From Actinomycetota bacterium (lineage in GTDB: Bacteria; Actinomycetota; Thermoleophilia; Gaiellales; Gaiellaceae), in contig JBKPHO010000476.1 in NCBI GenBank assembly GCA_046729915.1, positions 1 through 42,655 on the forward strand: DNA of 42,655 nucleotides, in the 5' to 3' direction. Every line of letters starts with the position of its first letter. Within the stretch, counting starts at the first letter, position 1. Shown piece after piece: positions 23,739 to 34,676 of the stretch. The notes beneath the pieces were generated by a model. It searched no databases. It had not been told where the DNA came from and saw only the letters and a program-made list of their open reading frames with translations. The position numbers and the translations under genes were made by a program.

Positions 23739-23778
23739 GGCTCTCCCTCGGTTTTGAATCCCCCAGTCCCGCACCAGT

Positions 23779-24984
23779 GTGCCAACGATCGGTCCGCATG
23801 CCAAACGAGCTACCTTGCCTTTGGTGAGCGTTGTGGCGTTCGACGTCGCTGCGGTTCGCGCGAGGTTCTCGGCGCTCGACCGCCGGCTCGCGTTCTTCGA
23901 CGCGCCCGGCGGCACGCAGGTGCCGGACGAGGTGACCGACGCGATCGCGGCGTACCTGCGCGAGTCCAACGCGAACCTCGGCGGACGCTTCGAGACGAGC
24001 CGCAGGAGCGACCTGCTGGTGGAGGAGGCGAGGCGCGCGGCCGCTTCGTTCCTCGGCTGCGCCGCCGAGGAGGTCGTCTTCGGCGCGAACATGACCACGC
24101 TGAACTTCGCGCTCTCGCGGACCGTCGGCCGCGAGCTCGGGCCCGGCGACGAGATCGTGGTCACCAGGCTCGACCACGACGGCAATGTGGCGCCCTGGCT
24201 GGAGCTCGCGCAAGACCTCGGCCTCGTCGTGCGCTTCGCCGAGATCCGCGACGACACGACCCTGGACCTCGACGCCATCGCCGCGCAGCTCTCGGGGCGC
24301 ACGCGGATCGTCGCCTTCCCGTGGGCCTCGAACGCGGTCGGAACGCTGGTCGACGTCGCGCGCGTGTCGGCACTGGCACACGAGGCGGGCGCGCTCGCCT
24401 GGGTCGACGCCGTGCACTACGCGCCGCACGGGCGGATCGACGTCGCTGCTGCGGGCGTCGATGTGCTGATCTGCTCGCCGTACAAGTTCTACGGGCCGCA
24501 CCTGGGATTGGCCTTCGCTCGCGCCGAGCTGCTCGAGCGCTGGCGCCCGTACACGGTGCGGCCGCTCGCGCAGGAGCGGCTCGGGCAGCGGTTCGAGACG
24601 GGCACGCTCCCGCACGAGCTGCTCGCGGGCTTCGTCGCGGCGGTCCGCTACCTCGACTCGCTGGGCTGGGATGCGATCACGGCGCACGAGCGGGAGCTCG
24701 GCGAGCGGTTCCTGGCCGGCTTGCCGGAGTCGTGCCGGCTGCACGGGCTGCCGACGATGGACGGACGCGTGCCGACCTTTTGCTTCACCGTCCGGGGTCA
24801 GACTCCGGCCATGGCCGCGGAGCGCCTCGCCGAGCGTGGCCTGGCCGTGTGGCACGGCAACTACTACGCCGTCGAGGTGATGCAGCGGCTCGGCCTGCCC
24901 GACGGCGCCGTCCGCGCCGGCGTCGTCCATTACAACTCGGCCGACGAGGTCGACCGGCTGCTTGCAGGGCTGGCCGAGCTCTAG
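23779..24984 (+). CDS. Class V aminotransferase, cysteine desulfurase-like (SufS/CsdA-related). Selenocysteine lyase activity is possible.
   Basis: 'FFDAPGGTQVP', 'VVTRLDHDGNVAPW' and 'DVLICSPYKFYGPHLG' (PLP-Lys context). The start is uncertain; in-frame TTG/GTG alternatives occur at 23821, 23824 and 23833. Confidence 0.75.
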   Translation: MPTIGPHAKRATLPLVSVVAFDVAAVRARFSALDRRLAFFDAPGGTQVPDEVTDAIAAYLRESNANLGGRFETSRRSDLLVEEARRAAASFLGCAAEEVVFGANMTTLNFALSRTVGRELGPGDEIVVTRLDHDGNVAPWLELAQDLGLVVRFAEIRDDTTLDLDAIAAQLSGRTRIVAFPWASNAVGTLVDVARVSALAHEAGALAWVDAVHYAPHGRIDVAAAGVDVLICSPYKFYGPHLGLAFARAELLERWRPYTVRPLAQERLGQRFETGTLPHELLAGFVAAVRYLDSLGWDAITAHERELGERFLAGLPESCRLHGLPTMDGRVPTFCFTVRGQTPAMAAERLAERGLAVWHGNYYAVEVMQRLGLPDGAVRAGVVHYNSADEVDRLLAGLAEL

Positions 24985-25379
24985 AGAGCCGCGACGACGC
25001 CGAGTAGGGCGTGCCCGGCCGGGCCCAGGAGCTCAGCCAGCCGCTGCAACGACTGCACGATCGCGAGGCCGCCCCCAGCGACAGCGCCCGCGTCGTGCAG
25101 AACTTGGGTAAACCGCTCGAGGCGGCCGGCGATCCGGCCCTCATCGGGCTCGTCGCCCTCGGCCTCGACGGCCGCGGCGGCAAGCTCACGCTCGGCCTCC
25201 ACGCGATCCTCGGCGGGGAGGTCGAGCCGATCGAGCTCCTCCGCCAGCCGCGTGAGCTCGCCCCGCAGCTCGATGATCTGCGAGCCGGTCGACGAGCTGA
25301 AACCGCCGTGGACGACCATGTCGCCGCCCACGTTCTGAATTGTCGTGGCCTGCTGGTCGCGGATGTTGAAGGTGGTCAT
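24981..25379 (-). CDS. Hypothetical protein B: N-terminal 'TTIQNVGGDMVVHGG' motif followed by an acidic helical/coiled-coil region
   Basis: High GC3 in this frame from the ATG at 25379 onward. No known domain recognised. Its stop shares a CTAG with the convergent aminotransferase stop. Confidence 0.6.
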   Translation of the reverse strand: MTTFNIRDQQATTIQNVGGDMVVHGGFSSSTGSQIIELRGELTRLAEELDRLDLPAEDRVEAERELAAAAVEAEGDEPDEGRIAGRLERFTQVLHDAGAVAGGGLAIVQSLQRLAELLGPAGHALLGVVAAL

Positions 25380-25773
25380 CCCGCACCGGCCGAGCGGCCG
25401 AAGAGACGGAGAGCGAGGCGCGGCAGCACGACCCGGCGAAGATCAGGCCGAGCCCCGCCTTCCAGGGCCCGGAGACGTAGTCCGTGTACGGGGCCTGAAG
25501 CGCCTGGGTCCGCTGCGCGTCCAGCACGTTGTCCACGGTCGCCCAGACCGTGAGCGCGAGTAGGAGCACGCCGGTCCAGAAGAGCAGCAGCCCCGCGGCC
25601 GCGGCCGCGCGCTCTGCGGGCGTGAGCGGTCCCGTCGTCCCGCTCGGGAGGACGATCGACCTGCCGGGCAGGAAGATGTTCTGGTCTCCGCCGATGTTGT
25701 TGATCGTCTCGCCGCGCTGATCGCCCAGGTCGAAGCGGCTTCCGGGAGTGGTGCCGTGTCCCAATGTGCTCAT
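25186..25773 (-). CDS. Hypothetical protein A: N-terminal 'ETINNIGGDQNIFLPG' motif plus one TM helix. The 3' end is unresolved.
   Basis: The ATG at 25773 gives 'MSTLGHGTTPGSRFDLGDQRGETINNIGGDQNIF...'. TM helix 'AAAAAGLLLFWTGVLLLALTVWATV'. The coding-like GC3 signal persists only to about 25381, but the frame has no stop until 25186, which is 194 nt inside gene B. Confidence 0.5.
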   Translation of the reverse strand: MSTLGHGTTPGSRFDLGDQRGETINNIGGDQNIFLPGRSIVLPSGTTGPLTPAERAAAAAGLLLFWTGVLLLALTVWATVDNVLDAQRTQALQAPYTDYVSGPWKAGLGLIFAGSCCRASLSVSSAARPVRDDHLQHPRPAGHDNSERGRRHGRPRRFQLVDRLADHRAAGRAHAAGGGARSARPPRRGSRGGRA

Positions 25774-25849
25774 GCGTACATGACGCGCAGGGGCGCGCGT
25801 GTCTTCCCTGCCTTCGCTTCGGCGGAGCCGTCTGGTATCAACCGGCGGC

Positions 25850-26818
25850 GTGAGGCTGCTCGTTCTGGGCGGGACGAAGTTCCTCGGGCGGGCGGCCGTC
25901 GGGGAGGCGCTCGCGCGCGGGCATGAGGTGACGCTGTTCAACCGCGCCGTGACGAACCCGGAGCTCTTCCCCGAGGCCGAGAGGATCCGCGGCGACCGCA
26001 CGGTCGGCCTCGCCGAGCTGCGTGGCCGTGAATGGGACGTGGTGCTCGACCCGTCGGGTTTCGTGCCTGGGGTAGTCGGGGCCTCGACCGAGCTACTGGC
26101 AGGCGCCGCCGGGCACTACCTGTTCATCTCGAGCATCTCGGTCTACGCGAGCCTGGCCGCCGTCAACCACGAGGACAGCCCGCTGGCTCAGCTCGGCGAC
26201 ATGCCCGCAGACCGGATGCTCGAGGACTACTCGAACTACGGGCCGCTGAAGGCACTCTGCGAGCAGGCAGTCGCCGAGGCCTTCGGCGAGCGTCACGCGA
26301 TCGTGCGGCCGGGCCTGATCGTCGGAGCGCACGACCCGACCGGCCGCTTCACGTACTGGCCGCACCGCATCGCGCGCGCCGGCGAGGTGCTCGCGCCGGC
26401 GCCGCCGGAGCGCAAGGTCCAGTTCGTCGACGTCCGCGACCTCGGCTCCTGGCTGGTCGACCTCCTGGAACGGCGTGCAACCGGCGCCTACAACGCCACA
26501 CACCCGGGCCGCACGTGGGGCGAGGTCCTGGAGACATGCAGGGAGGTCGCCGGCAGCGACGCGACCTTCACTTGGGTTTCCGACAGCTTCCTGGTCGAGC
26601 GCGAGGTCGGCGAGTGGATGGAGCTGCCGATGTGGGTCCAAAGCCCGGACGAGGCCGGGATCCACGAGGCCGACGTCTCACGCGCGGTCGCGGCCGGGCT
26701 GACCTTCCGGCCGCTGGAGGAGACGGTGCGCGACACCCTCGAGCTCGCGCCAACGACCGACGACGCCGGGCTCAGCCCGGAGCGCGAGGCGGAGCTGCTC
26801 GCTGCGGCTCACGGGTAA
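25850..26818 (+). CDS. NAD-dependent epimerase/dehydratase family (extended SDR) protein
   Basis: 'VRLLVLGGTKFLGRAAVGEALARGHEVTLFNR' is a Rossmann GxxGxxG at the N-terminus. The GTG at 25850 is preferred over the track start at 25799. Confidence 0.75.
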   Translation: MRLLVLGGTKFLGRAAVGEALARGHEVTLFNRAVTNPELFPEAERIRGDRTVGLAELRGREWDVVLDPSGFVPGVVGASTELLAGAAGHYLFISSISVYASLAAVNHEDSPLAQLGDMPADRMLEDYSNYGPLKALCEQAVAEAFGERHAIVRPGLIVGAHDPTGRFTYWPHRIARAGEVLAPAPPERKVQFVDVRDLGSWLVDLLERRATGAYNATHPGRTWGEVLETCREVAGSDATFTWVSDSFLVEREVGEWMELPMWVQSPDEAGIHEADVSRAVAAGLTFRPLEETVRDTLELAPTTDDAGLSPEREAELLAAAHG

Positions 26819-27684
26819 GCCGCAGCGGCGCGCTCCCAACGCGGGTCGTCGCGGTGGATCCGGTCGGGGTCGATCCCGCGGGCCTCGGCGAGCTCCAGCG
26901 TCAGCAGCTGGAACCGGACGATGTCGACGACCGGGTGCACCGTGGGCACGAGCGTCGTCTCGCAGCCGAGCTCGCGCAGCGCGGCGACCGCGCCTGCCGC
27001 CCGCTCCGCCGCGCGGCCCTCGCCCTCGAGCACGAACGCACGCACCGACTCGTCGACCGCCGCCAGGTGCCCGTGGAGGAGCTGCTCGGTGTGGTGCGCC
27101 TCCGCGGCCACGTGGACGCCTTCGCGCAGCTTCAGCACCGCCTCCTGCGCGGTCGGCCAGTCGCGCCCCGCGCCTGCCACCAGAAATCGCTCGTGCGAGC
27201 TCACCGGCTCGCGCCGCTCCAGGGCCTCCTCGACCGCCTCCGCGAGGCCGCTTACGTCGTCGCCGTGCAGCGCCGCCAGCGCCGCAACGGCGCTCGTGTA
27301 GCTCGCTGTGTGGCACCAGCTCTGCTCGATCTCCGGCGCCGCGACGACCACCTCGTCCGCGAGCTCTCCCAGCGGGCTGTCCGCCTTGCCGGTGATCAGC
27401 CACACCGGCCCGTCGAAGGCGCGCGCGGCCTCGAGGCTCAGGAGCGTGCCGCCCTCGTGGCTGATGACGACGAGCGCGTCGGCCTCCCTCGGCGCGAGCA
27501 CGAGCTCCAGAGCCTGCTCGGCCCAGCCGTCGGTTTGCGCCGCGTGAAACGAGGTACCGCAGCCGGTGTGAAGCACCCGTCCCGCCGGCAGACGCCGGTC
27601 GGTGGGAACCGCCCTCAGCCACTCCGGCTGCGCGAAGATCGCGCGCCTCGTCTCCTCCCCGGCCACGCCCGAAGCATCTCGCAT
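26809..27684 (-). CDS. SIS (sugar isomerase) domain protein, GlmS-C/AgaS/FrlB-like
   Basis: 'IFAQPEWL...RVLHTGCGTSFHAA...ALVVISHEGGT' and a second SIS-like half 'RFLVAGAGRDWPTAQEAVLKLRE'. Start is at ATG 27684, or at 27693. Confidence 0.7.
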   Translation of the reverse strand: MRDASGVAGEETRRAIFAQPEWLRAVPTDRRLPAGRVLHTGCGTSFHAAQTDGWAEQALELVLAPREADALVVISHEGGTLLSLEAARAFDGPVWLITGKADSPLGELADEVVVAAPEIEQSWCHTASYTSAVAALAALHGDDVSGLAEAVEEALERREPVSSHERFLVAGAGRDWPTAQEAVLKLREGVHVAAEAHHTEQLLHGHLAAVDESVRAFVLEGEGRAAERAAGAVAALRELGCETTLVPTVHPVVDIVRFQLLTLELAEARGIDPDRIHRDDPRWERAAAAYP

Positions 27685-27699
27685 AGCTAGCATCGCCGC

Positions 27700-28080
27700 G
27701 TGTTCGTCCACCGGGAACGCGTTCGCTTCCGTGACCTCGATGCGATGGGCCACGTGAACAACGCGGTCTTTTTGACCTACATTGAGTCGGCCCGCGTCGC
27801 CTTTTTGCAACAACTCGGCGCGGCGACAACGCCCCAGGAGATGTCCATCATCGTCGCCCGCATCGAGATCGACTTCCGCGCCCCCGTCGGCTTCGGCGAG
27901 GAGGTCGAGATCGCGGTGCACGCGAGCCGCTTCGGCGGGAAGAGCTTCGACCTCGACTACGAGCTGCGCGTGGGCGGCACGGTCGTCGCCGAGGCCAAGA
28001 GCGTGCTGGTGGCCTACGACTACGGCAAGGGCGAGGCGATCGAGATTCCCGAGGAGTGGCGGGAGAAGCTCGCGGCATGA
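27700..28080 (+). CDS. Acyl-CoA thioesterase, 4HBT/YbgC (hotdog fold) family
   Basis: 'RVRFRDLDAMGHVNNAVFLTYIESARVAFL' is the hallmark N-terminal region of YbgC/4HBT thioesterases. Confidence 0.8.
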   Translation: MFVHRERVRFRDLDAMGHVNNAVFLTYIESARVAFLQQLGAATTPQEMSIIVARIEIDFRAPVGFGEEVEIAVHASRFGGKSFDLDYELRVGGTVVAEAKSVLVAYDYGKGEAIEIPEEWREKLAA

Positions 28081-28162
28081 GCACGCTACGCGTTCGGCAA
28101 GATCCCTTGGACTGGTCGCCATCCCGACGGAGTCGAGCCCGCACAAAGCAGGGGCGCGGCTC

Positions 28163-29443
28163 GTGAGCGTCTTCGAGCGCCACACCTTGGACAACGGCCT
28201 GCGCGTGGTCACGGCCGAGATGTCGCAGGTGCAGTCGGTTACCTGCATGATCATGCTCGCCGCCGGCTCGCGCTACGAGACCCCGGACACGAACGGGATC
28301 GCCCACTTCGCCGAGCACATGTTCTTCAAGGGCACCGAGCGGCGGCCGACCGCGCGCGAGATCGGCATGGAGGTCGACTCGCTCGGCGGCGAGTTCAACG
28401 CCTTCACCAGCAAGGAGTACACGGGCTACTACGTGAAGTGCGCCGCCGACTACCGCGACCGGGCGCTGGACGTCCTCGTCGACATGCTCCGCAACTCGAA
28501 GTTCGAGCCCGACGAGATCGAGCGCGAGAAGGGCGTGATCGTCGAGGAGATGAACATGTACTACGACACGCCGCGGGACTTCATCGGCGGCGTCTACGAC
28601 CAGCTCCTCTACGGCGACCAGCCGCTCGGCTGGGACATCATCGGCCGCAAGGAGACGGTGCGCGCGGCGATGCGAGAGACGTTCCTCGGCTACGTCGACC
28701 GCTGGTACAAGCCGGAGCGGATGGTCGTAGGGCTCGGCGGCCGGCTGGAGGGCGACCCGCTGGAGACCGTCGAGCGGCTGCTCGGCGACCTCGAGGCACA
28801 GGAGACCGGTGCCCCGGCGGCCGTGGAGCTGAACGGCGACCCCGGCCCGCGCGTGCACATCCACCACAAGGAGTCCGACCAGGCACACCTCTGCCTCGGC
28901 GTGCGCAGCTACCCGCTCGTCCACCCCGACCGCTACGCGCTGCAGCTGCTCTCGACCGTGCTCGGGACCGGGATGTCCTCACGCCTCTTCACCGAGGTGC
29001 GCGAGAGGCGCGGCCTTGCCTACTACGTGTTCGCGCACAACCAGAGCTACACCGACGCCGGCTCGCTCTACTCGCAGGCCGGCGTCGACATCGCGCGCGC
29101 GGACGAGGCAGTCGAGACGATCGCGGCCGAGTTCCGCCGGATCACGGAGGAGCCGGTGCCGTCCGAGGAGCTCGAGAAGGCTCGTGCTCTCGCGAAGGGG
29201 CGCTTCGTGCTGCGGCTCGAGAACCCGCAGGGCATGACGATGTTCGGCCTCAGCCGCGAGGTGCTCGAGGGCGCGGCGGTCGAGCCGGACGAGATCATGG
29301 CCGGGCTCGACGCCGTCACCGCGGAGGACGTCCAGCGCGTCGCCCAGGACGTCATCGCCTCGAACGGCGTCAACCTCGCCCTGATCGGCCCGTTCGAGGA
29401 TCCCGAGCGGTTCGAGGCGCTGCTCGCGCCGGCCTCGGCTTAG
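28163..29443 (+). CDS. M16 family (pitrilysin/insulinase-like) zinc metallopeptidase
   Basis: 'LDNGLRVV...GSRYETPDTNGIAHFAEHMFFKGT' contains the inverted zinc motif HxxEH. GTG start at 28163 ('VSVFERHTL'). Confidence 0.85.
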   Translation: MSVFERHTLDNGLRVVTAEMSQVQSVTCMIMLAAGSRYETPDTNGIAHFAEHMFFKGTERRPTAREIGMEVDSLGGEFNAFTSKEYTGYYVKCAADYRDRALDVLVDMLRNSKFEPDEIEREKGVIVEEMNMYYDTPRDFIGGVYDQLLYGDQPLGWDIIGRKETVRAAMRETFLGYVDRWYKPERMVVGLGGRLEGDPLETVERLLGDLEAQETGAPAAVELNGDPGPRVHIHHKESDQAHLCLGVRSYPLVHPDRYALQLLSTVLGTGMSSRLFTEVRERRGLAYYVFAHNQSYTDAGSLYSQAGVDIARADEAVETIAAEFRRITEEPVPSEELEKARALAKGRFVLRLENPQGMTMFGLSREVLEGAAVEPDEIMAGLDAVTAEDVQRVAQDVIASNGVNLALIGPFEDPERFEALLAPASA

Positions 29444-29883
29444 AGCGTCGCCAGGTCCTGCTCGAGCTGCTCCCGGTCCTCGGGATCGCCGATTTGCGCG
29501 GCGAGCTCGCCGGCCCGCGCCTCGAAGCGGGCGGCCTCGTCCTCGTCACCCGCGACCGCGTGCGCCCGCGCCAGTGCCTCGTACGCGAACGGGAGGTCCC
29601 AATCCTCGAGCTCGTCGGGGCTTGCCTCGCAGTAGGCGAGGCAGCGTCGCGCGTGGTAGAGAGCCGGCTCGGCGCGCCCGAGCGTGGAGTAGACGCGCGA
29701 GACCTGCCACTCGCCGCGCGCGACGTTGGCCGCGGTTCCGACCTCCGCCCAGTGGTGGCGCGATGCATGTGCCGCGTGGATCAGCTCGTCGTCCTGCCCC
29801 GGTGTGCGCTCGGGTAGGCGAAGCAGCGTCCAGGCGTGGTTGAAGAGATCAACCGCTACCTGGCGCTGCTCCTCCGGCGTCAG
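29440..29883 (-). CDS. Hypothetical helical (TPR-like) protein, 147 aa, with a non-canonical start (CTG) immediately after the acs TAG stop
   Basis: Hand translation gives LTPEEQRQVAVDLFNHAWTLLRLPERTPGQDDELIHAAHASRHHWAEVGTAANVARGEWQVSRVYSTLGRAEPALYHARRCLAYCEASPDELEDWDLPFAYEALARAHAVAGDEDEAARFEARAGELAAQIGDPEDREQLEQDLATL*. GC3 is high. There is no in-frame ATG, GTG or TTG. AAGGAG lies 6 nt before the CTG. Absent from the supplied ORF track. Confidence 0.7.
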   Translation of the reverse strand: MTPEEQRQVAVDLFNHAWTLLRLPERTPGQDDELIHAAHASRHHWAEVGTAANVARGEWQVSRVYSTLGRAEPALYHARRCLAYCEASPDELEDWDLPFAYEALARAHAVAGDEDEAARFEARAGELAAQIGDPEDREQLEQDLATL

Positions 29884-31838
<1,955 letters not shown>

Positions 31839-31839
<1 letters not shown>

Positions 31840-32975
31840 CAGGGCGTTAGGTCGTACGGGTACTCGGTCAGCACCTCGGGGCCCTTCTCGGTGACGAGCA
31901 CCAGGTCCTCGAGGCGGCAGCCCCCGTAGCCGTGGCGGTAGAGCCCGGGCTCGACCGCGATCACGTCGCCGGCCACGAGCTCGCCCGGGGCGCGGCCCAG
32001 CGTCGGCTCCTCGTGCACCTCGAGGCCGACCCCGTGGCCGAGCGAGTGGTAGAAGCCGTCCTGGAGCACCTCGCCCGGCTGCTTCGAGCGCAGGGTCGGG
32101 TAGCCGTGCTGCTCGAAGACGTCGCAGCTGATTCGGTGTAGCTCGCTGCCGGCGACGCCCGGCTTGACGGCCTCGACCGAGCGATCCAGCGCCTCGCGGC
32201 AGAGCCGGTGGTATTCGTTCAGCTCGTCGGAAGGCGTGCCGACGACGAAGACGCGGGTCATGTCGGCGAAGCAGCCGGACTCACGGTCGCGCGGGAAGAG
32301 GTCGAGGCACACCGGCTCTTCGGGCGCGATCGGGCCGGAGCCCATGTCGTGGCCGACGGCCGTCTGCGGCCCGTGCGAGACGATGAACTCGTCGGCGAAG
32401 GCGCCGTTCGCCGTGAACGCCTGCTCGACTGCGAGCTTGAGGCGCTCGCACGTGAGCGGCTCGCCGTCCAGCCTGAGGCTGCCGTTGTGCCGCTCGGCGG
32501 AACGCAGCAGCTCGCGCGCGGCGTCCATCGCCGCCTCGGCCGCGCGCTGGGCCCGGCGGATCCCGGCGAGCTCCGCGTCGTTCTTGACGCGGCGCCGCTG
32601 GACGAAATGCTCGCGATCCGCCCTGACGTCGATGCCGTTCGCGCGCAGGTGGTCGGCGACCTCGAGCGGGAACGTGCCCGGCACCACCGCCTGCTCGACC
32701 CCGAAGCGGCGCGCCGCGCGCAGGATCACCTCCAGCTCGATCTCGTCGCGCGAGAGGCCCTGTGCGTAGAGCTCGTCGAGGCCGAACTCCTCCAGCGGCA
32801 GCGTTTCGACGCCGGGCGCGACCTCGGCGATCCGGTCGAGCTCGAACGAGCTCGCGACCACGCGCCGCTCCCCGTCCCGCTCGGCGTAGAGGAACGGGTC
32901 GGGAACCGCGAGCGGAACCTCGTGCCGCATCTCCGGCGACCGGAGCGAGTCTGCGTAGATGAGAACGTCGGCCAC
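31839..32975 (-). CDS. M24 family Xaa-Pro aminopeptidase/dipeptidase
   Basis: Creatinase-like N-domain plus 'DMTRVFVVG', 'HSLGHGVGLEVHEEP' and 'VEPGLY' metal-ligand motifs. GTG start at 32975 ('VADVLIYADS'). Confidence 0.85.
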
Positions 32976-33009
32976 GGCGGCCCGGATCGTACATCTAGAC
33001 TCGCGAGAC

Positions 33010-34161
33010 GTGGAGGACGTGCTCGAACGGGCCCAGGGGTTGATCGCCGGGTACGACGCGGAGCTGCGGCGGGAGCTGCCCCCCGACGCGGAGATCTTTG
33101 ACGCCCATGTCCACCTCGGGCACGACATCGACGGCTTCACCGGTGTCTACGAGGACCTCGAGCGGATCAACGACCGCTACGGCATCTCGCGCTGCTTCAT
33201 CTTCTGCATGGACGAGCTCGACCGGCACCCGGCCTTCCGCGCGGCCAACGACCGCACGCTGGCGTTCGCGGAGCGGTCCGGTGGCCGGCTGATCCCGTTC
33301 GTGCGGCTCGACCTGGCCGAGGAGCCGGTCGACGAGGCGACGCGCTGTCTCGACCTCGGCGCGCGCGGGATCAAGCTCCATCCCCGGGCGCAGCGGTTCC
33401 TGCTGAACGACGAGCGGCTGGCGCCGGTCTTCGCGCTGGCGGCTGAGCGGCGCGTGCCGATCCTGATCCACGGCGGGCGGGGCCTGCCGCCGATCGCCGA
33501 CAACCTTCGCCGGCTCGTCGATCGCTACTCGGAAGCGCAGCTGATCATCGCGCACGCGGGCATCGCCGATCTCGCAGCGCTCGCGGAGTCCTTTGCGGGG
33601 AGGGCAGGCGTCTTCTTCGACACGTCGGTCTGGAGCCCGATCGACCTGCTCAGCCTCTACCACCTCGTCTCGCCCGAGCAAGTCGTCTATGCCTCGGACT
33701 ACCCCTACGGCCAGCAGCCGAGCTCGCTGCTGATCGGGATTCGCACCGCGCGGCTGGCGCAGTTCGACGACGCGCAGGTGCGCGGGATGCTCGCGGGAAA
33801 CGCGAACCGGATCGCCGACGGGGAGCCGCCGCTGGAGCCGACGTCACCGCGCGGGAGCCAGACCTTCGCGCAACCCCTCGCATTCGCGCGCATCCACCAG
33901 TACCTCTCGATGGCGACGCCCCTGCTCTGGACGCGGCAGCAGGACACGATCGGCGTACTCGGGCTCGCGCTGAACGCCTGCGCCGACCGCGACGGCCACG
34001 TCGAGGAGCGCGAGCAGATCCGGGAGCTCCTCGAAACGGCGCGGGAGCTCTGGAGGGTACTCCCGGAGCTCGACGACGAGGGCGACCAGCGCGTCGTCAG
34101 CCGGACGACGTTTCGGCTCGTGCACCTCGCGGACATCCTGGCGGTGACGTCCGGTGCGTAG
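33010..34161 (+). CDS. Amidohydrolase-2 (TIM-barrel metal-dependent hydrolase) family protein with a C-terminal helical extension
   Basis: 'IFDAHVHLGHD', 'GARGIKLHPRAQRF', 'PILIHGGRG', 'IIAHAG' and 'YASDYPY' fit PF04909-type amidohydrolases. Start is either GTG 33010 or ATG 32959. Confidence 0.7.
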   Translation: MEDVLERAQGLIAGYDAELRRELPPDAEIFDAHVHLGHDIDGFTGVYEDLERINDRYGISRCFIFCMDELDRHPAFRAANDRTLAFAERSGGRLIPFVRLDLAEEPVDEATRCLDLGARGIKLHPRAQRFLLNDERLAPVFALAAERRVPILIHGGRGLPPIADNLRRLVDRYSEAQLIIAHAGIADLAALAESFAGRAGVFFDTSVWSPIDLLSLYHLVSPEQVVYASDYPYGQQPSSLLIGIRTARLAQFDDAQVRGMLAGNANRIADGEPPLEPTSPRGSQTFAQPLAFARIHQYLSMATPLLWTRQQDTIGVLGLALNACADRDGHVEEREQIRELLETARELWRVLPELDDEGDQRVVSRTTFRLVHLADILAVTSGA

Positions 34162-34238
34162 TGGAGGCGATACGTTGCGCGAGCGCCGCAACCATGGGCT
34201 CATGACAACGATTCCTTCGGCGAAACCAAACGCGTAGC

Positions 34239-34676
34239 GTGCTTAGCTTGCTTGTGAACGGGACCGTCCTCGAAGTCGACCCGCCGGTCGGGCGGACGCT
34301 CGCGGAGACGCTGCGCGAGGACCTCGGCCTCACCGGGACGAAGGTTGCCTGCGCCGAGGGCCACTGCGGCGCTTGCACGGTTCAGCTCGACGGCGTGCCG
34401 GTGCTCTCGTGCATCACGCTCGTCCACACGGTGGGTGAGCGCGAGGTGACGACGATCGAGGGGTTGCGGGACCATCCGCTGGTTGACGCGTTCGTGCGCG
34501 CCGACGCGCTCCAGTGCGGGTTCTGCACGCCCGGGCAGATCGTCTCGGCCGCCGCACTGGTCGAGGCCGAGCCCACCCCGACGCCCGACCGCGTGCGGCA
34601 CGCGTTGGCCGGCAATCTCTGCCGCTGCGGCGCATATCCCCGGATCGAGGAGGCAGTTCTGACGTGGCAAGGCTGA
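34239..34676 (+). CDS. Molybdenum hydroxylase small subunit, (2Fe-2S)-binding
   Basis: 'CAEGHCGACTV...LSC' (plant-type 2Fe-2S) and 'QCGFCTPG...NLCRCGAY' (second 2Fe-2S cluster). Confidence 0.9.
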   Translation: MLSLLVNGTVLEVDPPVGRTLAETLREDLGLTGTKVACAEGHCGACTVQLDGVPVLSCITLVHTVGEREVTTIEGLRDHPLVDAFVRADALQCGFCTPGQIVSAAALVEAEPTPTPDRVRHALAGNLCRCGAYPRIEEAVLTWQG

